In this document: in pieces, positions 39,937 to 53,503 of the stretch
Layout of the letters: the number at the start of each line of letters is the position of its first letter
How positions within the stretch are numbered: the stretch's first letter is position 1
Assembly: GCA_900088475.1 (NCBI GenBank)
Contig: FLMG01000727.1
Coordinates: 27,401 to 91,400, forward strand
DNA: 64,000 nucleotides
Origin: Hyphochytrium catenoides
Lineage: Eukaryota > Protista > Hyphochytriomycota
Direction: 5' to 3'
Position numbers and translations under genes: made by a program
Notes under the pieces: model-generated
Told to the model about the DNA's origin: nothing
The model's database searches: none
What the model saw: only the letters and a program-made list of their open reading frames with translations

Positions 39937-41341
39937 ATGTGTAAGCCAATAACCCAGCCCGTGATACGGGGCTATCAACCCGGTGCAACCCAACTACTTT
40001 CGTCTGCTTCGAGTTTCTCCAATGGGTTCCCTTACGAAGTTCAGCAGCCTGGGAAAGCTTTAGTGCAACCTGTGCCAAAACTTGAAAATGATGGGTTGTC
40101 TAACTTGGTTGAAGGGTTACCCTTTGATTTCTTGGACCTGCTGTCTCTTCCGGTGAAGGCGACCAACGACACCAAGGTGATTGGCGGAAGCGTTACGGAA
40201 AGCGCCTTTATTGACTCTCTTGCTGAGGGTATCTTTGGTGCCGCTGCATGTTCTCAGCCTGTTGCTGGTTCCCCTTACCAGAAAGCAGATCCCTTGCCTG
40301 TCACTCCGGACCTCTCTGGCTTTACCTCCAATGAGGAGAGCTTTGACGGATCGGAAACTTCTTCTGTCGCGTGTCCTGATTCTACCTTTGAGAACCAAGA
40401 TGTGGGGGCACTTTGCTCCATTTTGTTTGATCCTACTGTCTATTTGACTCTTGCGGATGTCACTAAGGACACTGCTGAGAGCCTTATCCAGGAAGCTGTC
40501 GACGACGGCTCCATGATGCCCTTGGAATTACCAAAGAGCGGATACCAACCCCTTTTACAGGATTTGCAGAAGCCAACTGTGGAGATTCCAGAGCCTGTCT
40601 ATATGCCGTTCAACAATAAAGTGCAGACTCCATCGCAGGGTAGGGGGAAGCGCCGGACCGTTCCAGTTGAAGGGAAAAAGATCTGCAAGGAGGAAGGATG
40701 TCAGAATCTTGTCAGATCCCGAGGGTTGTGCAAGTTTCACAGCGGATCGATGCGCTGCCATTACGAGGGATGTGCAAGACAGAGCCAGGGAAGTGGTCTT
40801 TGTATCAAGCACGGTGGAGGACGACGCTGTGATGTGGAAGGTATTGAAGAGAGGAGACAATTGCAAAGTTTGTGGTTTACTTACGCTTTTGACATAGGCT
40901 GCATGAAAGCTGCGCAAAGTAATCGGAAATGCAAAGCACATGGTGGCGGCCAGCGCTGCTCTGTGGCGGGATGTTCAAGGTCAAGCCAAGGTAGCTTTTC
41001 TTTCCTCTTTGGCAACATTGATAGGTAGGATGGCTAATTTGACGTGACGTATAGGAGGCGGCTTCTGTCGAGCTCATGGTGGTGGCCAGCAGTGCAAGCA
41101 CCCAGGCTGCTCTAAAGGAGCCCAAAGGGACGGTAGCTGTGCACTGCACGGAGGAATCCGACGCTGCGTGGTTGAGGGCTGCGAAAAGAATGACAGGGGA
41201 GGAGGCTTTTGCGCTCATCATGGAGGAGGAAAGCGCTGCGCAACTGAAGGTTGTGTCCGACCCTCAAGGAAGAAGGGAATGTGTGCCCATCATTATCGCT
41301 TGGAAACAGAAGCAGCTGTCAAGATGCAACAAAGCTGCTGA
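39937..41341 (+). CDS. Protein with about seven tandem C-x4-C-x10-C-x2-H(GGG) zinc-finger-like repeats (WRKY19-like repeat family) and an acidic N-terminus; probable transcription regulator
   Basis: 'CKEEGCQNLVRSRGLCKFHSG', 'CHYEGCARQSQGSGLCIKHGGGRRC' and further copies, across two short introns (about 40841-40897 and 40991-41053). Ends 'KMQQSC*'. Confidence 0.85.
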
Positions 41342-41495
41342 TATTTCCATTACGGGCTGTCTTTTGTTCTGTCTTCGTTCTTTTCTCCCTCTCTCTCAAT
41401 CTCCTTTCTAATACTCTTCTACAGTCGTGGGTCATTTCATATTTAAGACGATAACCAAGGGTCATTCGTATGTGAACTAAGCTCTTTGCTGAAAT

Positions 41496-42945
41496 TTAAA
41501 TTGAGCTTTCCTCAGAGAGCTTCCTATCCGCACCGCTGCTCTTTAGGATATTCAGCAGCTCTCTGTGAATGGCTTGACTGTTGCTGGCGCAGATATCTCT
41601 GTGGACATGGATAGGGAATCAGAGAGATTAGTTCTTTGCTTTCTGCAGGCGCAATGGTTGTCTACTCCTCTGCCATCTTCACCAAGCATTCTCAGTCTTT
41701 GCCAACGTGTGGCGCCATCGGATGCCCCCATACGCCTTCACGATAAAATAGATGCCTTAACCTATCGCCATGGCTCGAATCTGTACGCTATCAGAAACTG
41801 CCCGAGCTATGCTCTCTTTGTCACTGACCGTGTCCGTAAAGTGAAAGGCTGTCCTCTCGTGTCCGACAAGGTGCCTCCGGCCTCTCGGACTAATAGCGAC
41901 CCAGCGGCAATATCCCAAGAGTTTAGGTCTAGCTCCCACCAGGCCTGAAGACGTGAAAGCTTGTCAATAGGCGCAAGGAGCAAAACGACAAAAGTCGGAG
42001 GATCTAGAACGGATTGTCATGGTATGGCTATCTTACCGTGAGACGGCCGCAAGCAACCCAGGCTAGGTCGAGGGCTGCGGATCCAACGAGTCGCACTCCT
42101 CGACATCGACTGGAGACCTCTTGGATGCCCCTCCATGTAGGCTCCCTTACCCTATGACTAGTGCCTATGCCGAACCCGATGACGCTCGACCTTCAATACA
42201 TATTCATGGGCGACAATGAGTTAGCTGCTGGGAAGAGAACAGCACAGGACTAAGATGGAGAGGTGCCATCATACTCTAAGCTAACGTCGTCGCTAACGTT
42301 AATCTTCCTGTCATTGACTAGCGCCCCTTGGCCCTTGATGGCGTGGAACATCTCATCTCTGTCAGCACGGTGAGGCGATGTTAGTTGAGGGGCGCGGCAG
42401 GCGTCCAAAGGATTGACTATAAGTACCTGTATGGGTCAAAGACGATGCCAACCACCACTTCGCCTTTATGTGCCACTCCGATTGAGACCACGCTCATGGG
42501 TCGCCCGTGTACGAAGTTTGTGGTTCCGTCAATGGGATCAACCACCCTGCAAGGCAGACTCAGCACGAATATGTGCGAGAGAGAAAGGGACCTGCGTACC
42601 AGAGCCATTCTTTATTGATGAGATGCTCCAGCGCCTCTGCAGAGGCTTCTGCTCCTGGTGGGACGCTTTCTTCGCCCAGGAGTGAATGATCTGGGAAGTT
42701 TGTCTGGATATGCTTCTCAATGGTATCTTGACACATTTTATCCACGAGAGTCACGACATCCTGGTGATTGGATTTCTGCTTCTCAATCTAAACAGGCGGC
42801 TTCAGCTTCATGTGAGCATGGAAGCCAGGCTCAGGAGTACCTTTGTCTGACCGCAATTTGACTTCATCAGCTCGCCCGCTTCTCTTGCTGCCTGGACGGC
42901 GACAGCGTGGATCCGCCGGATGGTATCAGTATCATTATTCTCCAT
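41496..42945 (-). CDS. IMPA: Inositol monophosphatase (may extend further 5' towards 43211)
   Basis: '[12 protein letters not shown]', '[10 protein letters not shown]', 'W|[14 protein letters not shown]', '[17 protein letters not shown]' and '[18 protein letters not shown]'. Confidence 0.93.
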
Positions 42946-44106
42946 CCTGCTCAAAAGATAGCCCAGTGCCAGCAGTGCTTCGCTTTCTTTGTCTTCCCCG
43001 CTGCACTTGCAAGAGTTCGTCAGTTCGTGCTGATATTTAGAAGACGAGCTCACAATCTAACAAGTAGAGAGGAACGGGACGATGGCCTTTCCAGCAAAAA
43101 GATGGGGGAGTTAGGGGCACGCAACAGCATGGCAAGAGCGGGCAGGCGGCTGCTGGGAGCTGGTGACTCCCTTCGCACAAGGGAAGCTTGCATGGCTTCT
43201 GATGTGCTCATAGGAAAACAGCAGGAACGAATCTAGCTGTGACACAGCCGATAACGTACTGAAGCGGGTAACGGACGCGGACGAAAGGCTGTCATTTCAT
43301 GCTGTCAACCTATTTGGTATGGATGCTTTGACCTCCTGACCTCCTCTATCCGTGAAGGCCCAGCAGGATAGCACAACCAACTTCCTCGTCTGAAAGAGGC
43401 CATAGCCCTTTGCGGACGGGCTGTCATCAAGCTATAAAAGATGACTCTGTGAAGCGCTAACAGTCTCTTTGTATCACAATCAGTCGTTGACCGTCAGTCC
43501 TCCATCAGCACCTCCTCAGGGCCGTCGGGCTTCACCGCCGGCGTGACGGACGGAGCAGATTAAGAGTCTACATATGGCAGATGAAAGAGCTCTGCCTGCC
43601 CCACCCATAATACTTGGCAGGCAGGAGGAGGACCTCCAAAATGATATTAGTGTCCAGCTTCTTCCTCGTCTCTTGTTAGTGGTAGGAGCTGGTTTGTCCA
43701 AGGGACCATCAGCAGGACACTTGGTAGGCTCTGTACAAGTTGATGCATACGGGCAGCAGGTATTCTGCAACTGCTAATGAGCAAGATGAGTGATGATGAA
43801 GGATGTAGAAAGAAGGGTCAGAAGCAGGCCACGTCATTAGTTCTTAATTGTGGGCGACGCTGTGGTCCCTACTCGCTCCCTCTTAGCTGATAGAGCAGCT
43901 AAAGAGCAATCCCACAAGAGCGGGAGTTGAAGCTGATAAAAGCAGTGGACCTTTATTTCCCTTTCCCGAATAGTCTCGGCTAGCCTGCAGCCGCAGCCAC
44001 AAGCAGCAGCTAGGGGGCAGTGGTGGACGACCAAGATATACATAAATGAAGAATGAGGTAGACGCGCATCACCCCTCTTGGTTGGGTTACCCTCCAGAAC
44101 TCTCCA

Positions 44107-45804
44107 TCAGTTAACCAAACCCTGAAAGAGCAGCCCTGAGAACGAGACTGTCGCTAAGATGACTGTAGCAGATAAGGCACCCTGGACATCTACAGCCAAG
44201 GTCGCGGAGGAGGAGTCGTTCGCTGCACCACCTGACTTTTCGTTGCCCTTGGGCTTTCCCTGAACTCCTCCTGCGGGATCCGGACTCTCACCACCACCTG
44301 TTTGCATGTTTGTCTTGAAGTTCTTCCCATAATAATAAAAGGACATTTCCGGGTGCATCGGACTGACAGAGCCATAGAGGTTCTCGTTCGCCTTGATGTA
44401 CTCCTGCGTAGGATACTTTGGTGGATCGCACCCGATGTTGATTCTATCTGGAAGTTGATACCACCGCACGTAGTCAATCCTATACAGGGCTGGGAACGTA
44501 GAATACTGGACTCCACCGCCCCAGCAAGAGTCGCAGCCTTGGGCGATGTTAAGGATTAGTGCCTGCGGCTCTTCAGGGATAAACTTGGGGGCACTGCAGT
44601 CGGCCGGATTGTTGGGGTCGCAATATTTCTTTGTCAACGCTGAAGCAGGAATGTTAACAACTATATCCTTCTCGTTAAGCAGAAAAAGAAGGTACCCATT
44701 CTGCCCATCCGTAGGGTCAATGTACCACTCGAAAGAGTAGACATTCCACCCGTCCTTCTGTTCTGTTGTTATCGTTCTGACCCCTGAGAGCGCGTTCGTC
44801 GTATAATTCTGAGGTGTGGTGTACCCAAAGAAGCCATTGACACCCTTGTCAATGCCCTGGCCGTACGTTAAGCCCGTATACCAGCTGCCTGGGCCACCGT
44901 TTGCATTGGGTTCCAGCTTGGGATCGATCCACTTGCCATTTTCTATTCTACCCTTGGGCATCAAGATGTCTGGGATACTGGGAGCTACCTGAAGAGAGGC
45001 GGCGGTGAATGACTGTGATGGTGGGTTGAACAGCGGAGGAGAACCATTAGCTTCCATCAGATCTAGCTCTGGTGCTCCCCTTCCTTGATTGGGATGAAGG
45101 CCCGGTCCAGGGTTCTTCATACATGCATTAATCTTCTGATACTTTTTTGCCATGTCATCGCACACATTATAGCTGAACGGCCAGACACCAGGATTAGCGT
45201 CTTCATACTGGGGCCTGGCTAAGTTGCCAATCATCCAGGCTGCTGGCCACACCCCGCCACCTTTAGGCCATTGGTTCCTGGTCTTAAAAATGCCGCCAGT
45301 GAAGCAGAATTTATTCCAGGTCTGGATGTTGGCACCGGTATGTGACTTATTATACTCTGGCACTGGGTCATCTGTGATAAGAAGGTTAAGAGATCCGCCC
45401 CCTGTGGTTGCGTGCTTGGGAGAGATATAGTCGATCCCTCCGCCTGTGATATCCGGCCGGTCGATGGCCGTCCACATCTTACTCTTACCGTCCTCAAACG
45501 TCCTGCCATCCTCATTGAACTCATCGCTGGCTACTAGCACGTAAACCTCCCCGCGAGAGGAGATTGTGGTCCTGGCATGCTCAGGAGTATCTTTATCAGT
45601 CCAGAAATCGAGTACTTTCCGCGCGGCATTTGGCACGGCAGGGACCTTTCCCGTTGGCTTTGGTGGTGGTTTGATGGTTTCGCATGGAAGCTGTTTATCC
45701 CACTCTTGGCCTGCAGGAGGAGCTGTGGGTCCTGCTAGAGCCAGCATGGGCTGGTGCAGCGCTAAGCCATACAGGAAAGTAAAAGAGACCCAAGCGCCTT
45801 TCAT
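44107..45804 (-). CDS. SKN1/KRE6-type GH16 beta-glucan synthesis-associated protein; intronless, with signal peptide and hydrophobic C-terminus
   Basis: 'LVASDEFNEDGRTFEDG', 'QTWNKFCFTGG', 'GVWPAAWMIGNLAR', 'WPFSYNVCD', catalytic 'GRGAPELDLME', 'IPEEPQALILN' and 'IDYVRWYQ..IGCDPPKYPTQEYI'. Confidence 0.92.
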   Translation of the reverse strand: MKGAWVSFTFLYGLALHQPMLALAGPTAPPAGQEWDKQLPCETIKPPPKPTGKVPAVPNAARKVLDFWTDKDTPEHARTTISSRGEVYVLVASDEFNEDGRTFEDGKSKMWTAIDRPDITGGGIDYISPKHATTGGGSLNLLITDDPVPEYNKSHTGANIQTWNKFCFTGGIFKTRNQWPKGGGVWPAAWMIGNLARPQYEDANPGVWPFSYNVCDDMAKKYQKINACMKNPGPGLHPNQGRGAPELDLMEANGSPPLFNPPSQSFTAASLQVAPSIPDILMPKGRIENGKWIDPKLEPNANGGPGSWYTGLTYGQGIDKGVNGFFGYTTPQNYTTNALSGVRTITTEQKDGWNVYSFEWYIDPTDGQNGYLLFLLNEKDIVVNIPASALTKKYCDPNNPADCSAPKFIPEEPQALILNIAQGCDSCWGGGVQYSTFPALYRIDYVRWYQLPDRINIGCDPPKYPTQEYIKANENLYGSVSPMHPEMSFYYYGKNFKTNMQTGGGESPDPAGGVQGKPKGNEKSGGAANDSSSATLAVDVQGALSATVILATVSFSGLLFQGLVN

Positions 45805-48800
45805 GCTGACCTTCTTGTAAGGGTTGTGGAAGCGACGTTACCGTTTTTAAGATTGATACAAAGAAACACCACCTGTACCGGGTATCTTATTGCCCTGCGC
45901 GCAGATGCCGGGAAGAAGTTGCCAAGAGCTGCAGAGTAAGCGTATCGATGTTTTACTGATGCTGCAGAAGGCTATGGTTCCAAAACATAACACACCGCAA
46001 AAGAAAGACTAGGTTGTTGGTTCCACTGTCTTCCTTCCTCCCTTTGATAGAATGGAACCTCAATCACCAGGAGCTGGACTTGGCTCCCTAGCACTCCAGA
46101 AGGAGGAGGAGCTGAGCATACAAGACAGAAAATCAGTCGTGATGCCTGAACCACCAGGAACTGATTGAAGATAGTAAAAGCAGTGCTTAGGCGCTCCCTC
46201 TCACATCGCCATAGCACTGGCACTCTAAGTGGTAAGGGATGCTGTTACAACGTCGATTACTTGGACAAAGAGGTGGATTATAGTGCGACAGCTTGTGAGT
46301 GACGTTTAGAAGACAGTGCTGGTTGGGTCATACAATCCATTTTCCAGGGCCATGAGCTAGTTCTAGCAGAGTAAATAGGCAAAGCCAAGGTGAAAGGCAG
46401 CAGCAGCATCTCTCGTGTCACGCAGTGTGAGCGGATGCCTATGGACAATGACCGAAAAGTTTGCGCTAGTCCGACGTTTGACCAGGTTTCCTTCTGATGT
46501 CTATATATTTACTATGGCTAACAGCTGAGCTCTCCCCTCCTCTCTCTCTCTGATGTGCATGTGATGTGTCTCTTCCACCATGCGGATGGAGGAGGATATC
46601 TCACCAGCATCAATCATATCTCTCTTTTGTTTGGACAATATCTAGACAATATCCTTTATCAGTCTGTCTCTTCCCTTTTGTAATCTGTCTCTCTGTTAGT
46701 GATTGACCCTTCAGCTGACCCTTCCCGTGTCCCTTCGTTTCCTTTGAGAGACAGAGTCGATCCGGCTCTCCCTTGATAAGGGTATACTCTTAAATTGTCG
46801 TATCTCTCCACTTGCTTTATTCGCTATAGTTAATAGCTCATTGGATGGTCTTCATAATTTGTCTCTTTTACGTTGTATACGTTATACCACTGGCCCAAAA
46901 CCGGTGCTAATCCTTAGATCGTCGCTTTGAGCCCGATGTGAGGATGATAGGATTATTGGAATATTGGACCTTGGATGGGGATGCAGTTCCTATTTTGCTA
47001 TGTCGTGGCGGTGCCGGCGGCGGCGGTGGAAAGCACCTTAGCTTCTTTCAGCAGCAAACACTTCTTCTTCATAGAACTCTCTCTATCTGCCACTTCTTCG
47101 AGTCTTCACCACCAGCGCTGATGATTATCTGTTAGTGCCGCGGTTGGGTTGCCGGCGGCAGCGGTCGCGGGCCTACTAGTCCTACCACCATTGATTGTTG
47201 TTAATAATGGCTCCTGCTATAGTCATCGTTACGCGTGGATGGTGATTGATTACGCCGTCCAGGTTTGTTGTTGTCGGATAATGATCGCTGTAACGACACC
47301 AGCAGCAGCAGCGAACGGAGAGGACGACCAAGCCATATAATAGCACCAGTATTCTTCGTCGACTGCTCTACATCTGAAGAAGAGTAGGGGAGAGAGTAGG
47401 AGAGGAGACAACACTCTTACATAGCCACGCGCATGATGTTACTGGTGCCTGGTTAAACCGTGGTCGAACTCCACGCAGAAGAAGCCCTCCTTCTGTTGCT
47501 AGTTATCTATGTATATAAAAGTAACTTACTACTAGCGCATTATTGGGACGTAATCAATCTGACGATGCTCTCGGTGCCAGACAAGATGATGGTCAGAGGA
47601 GAGGAGTTTGGGCCAGTGGAGGATTTGTAGTTGAGAAGAGCAAGTTGAGAAGAGAAAGGTAGAGATTGAGAACAGAAAGCTGAGTGCGGTTGTTCGCTTC
47701 ATTGACTTCATGTCTATCAGTGCAGTCACATAAGCAGAGGAAGTTTTCACCTGGAAGTCAATAGGACAGAGTCGCCCAAGCAGCAACAGCAATCTAGCTG
47801 AGAGTAGTAGAGAAGAAGAGAGAAGGGGGAAGAACTAGAACGTTACACTACTCGAAAGCATCAGATTGAAAGAGCCCAGAGCGAAAGAGAAGTCTCCTTT
47901 CTGAGAACCACTCGCGACTCAGAGTGCCAGGACTGCCCGTCTTACAGTTAGGGCGGCTAAGGTACCAAAGGTGTCCCTCAGTCACGAGCGCTATTGTTCA
48001 TAATACACCTCCTAGTCGGGCCGCATCCTTCTTCGGAGTAAACAGTAGAGATGGGAAGGAGAGCAACTAGCGAGTGGCTCCTGCATAGCAATAAAAGGCG
48101 CATGGACACCGCTAGTGGTAGATCGTAAAACAGTAGGAGGACAATAAGCAAGAAGGTGGGCAAGGTGGGGTAGGTGATACTATAGGGAGAGAGGGTGGCG
48201 GGAGAAGATTCACTTGGAACTCCTGCTGTCGAAAGGGACATCATTATCATCCACGACAATATTGAGCAAGAGAAATCTTTGGCAGACGGAACGAGGTAAA
48301 GCTAAGAAGCATCATTGAAGTTCCTCCACAGCGGCGTCGCCGACACTATTTATAGGGTCGATGGTTAGAAAGCTGGACGCGGCATGAAGGGAAGGAAGGT
48401 AAATAGCCCGCTCACCATCAGTAACTGAAAGAGTCAGTAAGCCCAGCTTCTAGGAGGAACGTGATAGCACTTAGAACTTAGGTAGGGCTGAGAAATAGAA
48501 AGCCTATGACAAAGAGTTTATGCGAGCCAGTAGAGGAGAGGAACAAAAGCCATAGCAAGGATGAAGTAGGATCGCGCACTCCAGAGATGACTCAGGGCAG
48601 AATGTAGACCAGTTTGCAAGGGTGTGCTGCTTCGAGTAGAACTGCGCCTCATGCTTGATTATAGAAAGAAGTTTCCAGTGAAGTCTAGCTCCTCTTCCTA
48701 GTATTCCGATAGCAACCCTAAGGAGACACTAGAAGATAAGGAGGTTTTCTAACCAAGGAAGAGGAGCACTTGTATGGCCGGAAGGTCCTATTAACGCCGC

Positions 48801-49573
48801 GGTGGGAGAGAGAGAAGTATTTGAAAAGGAGAAAAGTATCTGAAACGGGTGACGCTGCTGCACATAATCGTTGCTGGTGTGATATTAAAGCAGTCCGTCC
48901 ATCGCGGGAATTGGTACAGACGTTTTTCTCCCATCCTTTCTTCCCTTTGTAGATCTTCCAGCTCTATGATACAATTTCGGCCATACATCTTAGCTCATTC
49001 TTGGTCTAAGGCCGCTTTAGATCCGTTGGTCTCCTCCATTATAGCAGAAGCTGCTATGTATGAGCTGCTATGTGTGCACACTACTTCTGGCTACCATTGC
49101 TGTCGGGCGGTGGATTGAAATGACGGGCACCCTGCATGCGGAGAGGCAGCAATGAGCTCAATGTCAAAAAGGGGGCCGAAAGCAACTGTACTAAGACGAC
49201 GACGACTTCAAAGCCATTGGGACAGGACCCTGGCCCACTTCAATGGACAACGAGCCAACGCCATACCTGCTGGAGGCTTGCCATCATCAGCGCCAGAAGC
49301 GCTTCTGGTGTGTTTGCGTTGAATCCTCGCTCTTGCTGCCCACTACTTTTCTCTCGCGATTCTTCCTCGAGGAAAGCCTAAGATAACGGGGGCATGCCCA
49401 TCACGAAAAAAGCAGATGGAGCGTTCAATGGAAGAATAGCTCAAGATAGGAGAAAGAGGGAGACGGACATCAAGCAATGAAGGAAAGAGAGCGAGAAAGA
49501 GAGAGGAGATGGCGTGCGATCACTGTTGAGATGGCGGTTGCGCCAAGGAAGAGACACAAGTTGGACCTATTAC

Positions 49574-52500
49574 CTGAGCTGCAGCACCGGTAGGCTGTAC
49601 TCTTTCCATCGCCTTTATAAAATCATCCATCCTCATACACCGAATTTCATCCGGGCTTAGCTCCTAGAGAGGGCACACATTCTGGAGGATTAGGGACAAA
49701 TTGCACGACGACACACAGCTAAAAGTAACTCTTACGTCGATACTTTTGTCTCCAGTTGAGTCGAGGAACTCTCGAAGTGGTAGCAGAGCTGCCGCTTGGC
49801 ATAGTTCCTAAGCGGTTTTAAGAGGATTACCATGAGAACCAGTCAACAGAGCGTTCGTGCCTTATATCCCGTCTCCGCTCACCCTTCTTCACTTCTTACC
49901 TTCAAGTCACTTCCACTATAACCTGAGGTCCTAAGGGCGAGAAGGCCAATGTCAAACCCCTTCTCCAAGCTTTCACCATCAAGAAGTATCCTCAGAATCT
50001 TCTCTCTGTCTTCTGTCTTTGGAAGGTTGATGTGGAAAGTCCGAGGCATTCGCCGCAAAATTGCAGAGTCCTAGGGAGAGCTTTTTGCTTAGCGACTCAG
50101 CCATAGTGCTCAGCCCACTAGCGCTATCTTATTAAATCTCTTCCTAGCGGCTCTTATACTTTTGCGTTGGCAGTCTCTCCACCTCGTACTTTACCAGGAA
50201 CCGCCCTTTGAAAACTTCTGGTATTTATGCTCATTGCCTCTACAATCGGTTTGCTTACCATGTCGTAAGGCCTATTAGTTGCGCCTAGCACCATGACACT
50301 GAAACCATGGTTATTATACGTGTTCTTCGTGCCTACGCCGTCCCAAAGGGTCATGAACTCCTACAGCCACAAAGTTAGCATGGTATGGCAGTAGTCATGT
50401 ACAACGAGTATTATGAGGGTACGGTTCTTGGTACATCGTCTCTGGACTAGCCTAATCTTGTCACTCCTTCACCTAGCCCTTTATCTAAGCTCTAACCTAC
50501 TCTCAACCTTCCACCTCGCTACCCATATATTTGGGCATCATCTTCATTCATTGCTCATCACATCCACCAACCTTCAATCCGTACCCCCAGATCCCGTGTC
50601 CCGTCTCCCTCAATCACGCCTCATCGCCACCGCATGGCAGTGGCTCCCCACCCCGCTACGCCTTACCGCTTTCATGTTGTTATAGACGGCTGTATCGGCT
50701 TCCCCTCCTCTGGCTCTCATGAAGCAGTCAATCTCATCAATGAAAATGATACTGGGAGCCAGCTTCTCTGCCAGAGAGAAAACCGCCCGGACCAGCTTCT
50801 GCGACTCTCCAAACCACTGCATATGGCCTGATGAGTGAACCACCACGAAGCACGGAAGCGGCAGGTGACAGGGAAGATAAGAGCCCCAAAGAGAACTTGA
50901 ACATATGGTAAAGGCTAGAGTTGAAGGATGTGCAATAGTTGCAAGGCCACAAAAACGGAACTCCATCACAACGCTGCGAGGGTGGAGAGCTAGAGGCTTA
51001 AATACTATAAGGATCTCTTCAAAGTTCCACCTTATTCATGATCGTGCTCATCTTCAGATTGATAAATGTCGCCCCACTCTCTTTGGCTATCGCTTTGGCA
51101 ATCATCGTCTTCCCCGTCCCAGGTGCTCCGTAGAGAAGAAGACCCTTAGGAGGAGAAATCAGCTTTCCGCGGGAGCGGAAGATATCTGGTCGCTTAAGCG
51201 GGAGAACTGCCACTTCGATGATATCTTNNNNNNNNNNNNNNNNNNNNNNNNNNNNNNNNNNNNNNNNNNNNNNNNNNNNNNNNNNNNNNNNNNNNNNNNN
51301 NNNNNNNNNNNNNNNNNNNNNNNNNNNNNNNNNNNNNNNAGTTGCTGACGGAGCCCAAAGAGTAACAGTAAGAGATTCACAATTTATAACGACGTATAGG
51401 TGAACACCCATTAGCCAGAATGGTATGCGGAAGCCAGCGGGCAGTGCATCGCCTCTTGGTGATATGAACCTTACCTGGGTCTATAACATCTTGAAGGATG
51501 ATGTTCTCGTACTCTGTCGTGGCAATTTTGATGCCATTTCTAGCCATTCGTGCCTGCCATGCTGAAGCCAGCAGGTACAGGAGAAAGAGGAAAAGGCAAA
51601 TGATAAATACATCGGGAAGCAGAAGAAGCAACCCAGGTTAAAATAAATATACTAGACATTGAGAACTCGATTCGGGGTCGCAAATAGAACAAGAAGAGCG
51701 AAATGAGACGGAAGTTCAGAGGCATGAGCGAGCTGGGCCCAAAGTATGGACGTAAGAGTAGTCCCCATAGGAAAGAATGGGGTGCACAGCGGGCGATGCA
51801 AAGGGAAGCGAAGGGAGCGCCAGTAGCATAGGAAAGGCGGAGAGGGAATGTAGGAAGGGCATAGACCATCCCTATACCCGCGATATCCGTACCCGACAGA
51901 AAAGAGCACAGAAAGACGGAGAGCGAGTGAGAAAGAGAGAGCTCCAGAGCGAGGGAAAGCGAGAAGGCCAACAAATGCTGTAGTTCTTTTTCTGAGAGCC
52001 CAAGGGAAAACGGGGGGAAGTCTTTAAAGCAGGTCGTATTCGCCTCACTCTCTCCCTTACCGCGCTTTGCTTCTTTGCCCAGATCCTTCTCCTTCTTCAT
52101 TGGATCCAGGAAAAAGTTAGCCTGCGGGCAGACCATGAGTCACCTTAGGGTTCCAAGAGATTGAAAGAGTCCCTATCCTGACTCGCCTTCCTTGCAGTTT
52201 GTTCCATCTTCTCTATCTTCTCTTTTGTCTCTCTCCTCTCTCTATTTCTCTCTCTCTTTTCAGTCTTTCTCTCTCTGCTTCTTTCTTCTCTTTCTGTCAA
52301 TCTCCCTCTTCTTGCCCCTCTCCCTTTTAGGTCCTTCTCTTTCAACACCTTCTCTCGCGGATGTCGTCTCCTCCCATAGCCTACCATGCGAGTTCCTAAC
52401 TGAATTCCGACGACTGTGACAAGAACACCAATTACGCCACTCAGTACGGTGCCAGCCAGGTCATCTGCGAGGTTAGAGAGAGATGTAGAAGCAGCAGATC

Positions 52501-52582
52501 CGTTCGGAGAAGAGGAAGATGAGCGAGCCTGAGCGTGAGCCCTTGGCAAAGTGTTGCTCTGTGTCCTAGCGAGGTTGGCCAT
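49574..52582 (-). CDS. ATAD1: ATAD1/Msp1-like membrane-anchored AAA+ ATPase (spans an N-gap; last exon uncertain, possibly 48791-48988)
   Basis: N-terminal TM segment, then '[14 protein letters not shown]', Walker A '[13 protein letters not shown]', '[30 protein letters not shown]', 'EFMTLWDG', '[10 protein letters not shown]', '[10 protein letters not shown]' and '[10 protein letters not shown]'. Confidence 0.92.
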
Positions 52583-53503
52583 CCTAGACAGAGGAGCACG
52601 AAGGCAAGAACCGCCCGTGTGTTTGACCCTTCTTGTCAAGGCTGTACGTAAGAGAGAAAGCCGACTACGCTTGGATTGATTCCTTCGCCTGGAGAGTTGT
52701 TCCTCCTCCTCGCTTATCTCCGCCTTGGTCCAAACCTTGCTAACCCTCGTTTGGTATCTTACTACTCGCCGTGTGGTCAGTGGCGTCGTCGAGCTCCAAG
52801 GTTGTTCGCCCTGAGATGCGTCTCTGTGGCTCTCCTTAGTTTTTTCCTTCCGAAGCGATCAGACGCTGATGTCGATGCTGCATCAAGGTCAACAGTTCTG
52901 ACTGTCTGATGGTGATGATGTTGCACGGAAAGCTCCACGCTTGACTGGTCCAGCACGAGGGAGGACGGATAGATGAGAGAGAAGAGACAACAGAAACGGA
53001 GATGACCGATGGCGGAAGAACGCAGGGAAGGAAGGGAAGGGGAGAGAAGGAAGGAGAGAGAAAGGAAAGACCCACGCTAAGAAGCAGCAGAAACACTGGG
53101 CAGGGCCCCTACTTCCCTCTCGCAGGAATATTGCAGCCATCTCTTATCTTTCAGCTCATTATATGTACTTATTGGGCCAAGAGCATTTGAAATATTTCAT
53201 TATGGCCAAGGTTTCGGGTTTTGTGTGTGTTCCCATTGGTAGCTGAGCATCCGAGAGGCCCATTCTGCGTCTGTGAGAGAGCTCTAGAGCTGCTTCTGAA
53301 GATCGCCAGATGGCTAGGAGAATGGAAGCTGAGATCACTTTGGAGCTCTGGATGACAGGCGCAGAAGGTTCTCAGAGCTTGAGATCTGAGATTGAATATC
53401 ACTAAGAGAAGACTCCTTCCGAGTTTTCTGGCGAGTGAGGAAACTGTGAGAGTTGGATCGAGAAAGGACGAACTTCTTTAAGACCAGATAGTGTAGAGAC
53501 ATC

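Noticed and set aside
43516-44043. Short Cys-containing ORFs between IMPase and GH16
   Set aside because: Non-ATG starts or no motif; likely UTR or intergenic.
45850-48700. Short ORFs and GC-rich triplets upstream of the GH16 gene
   Set aside because: No homology or consistent frame. Could be UTR or lncRNA, but this cannot be supported from sequence.
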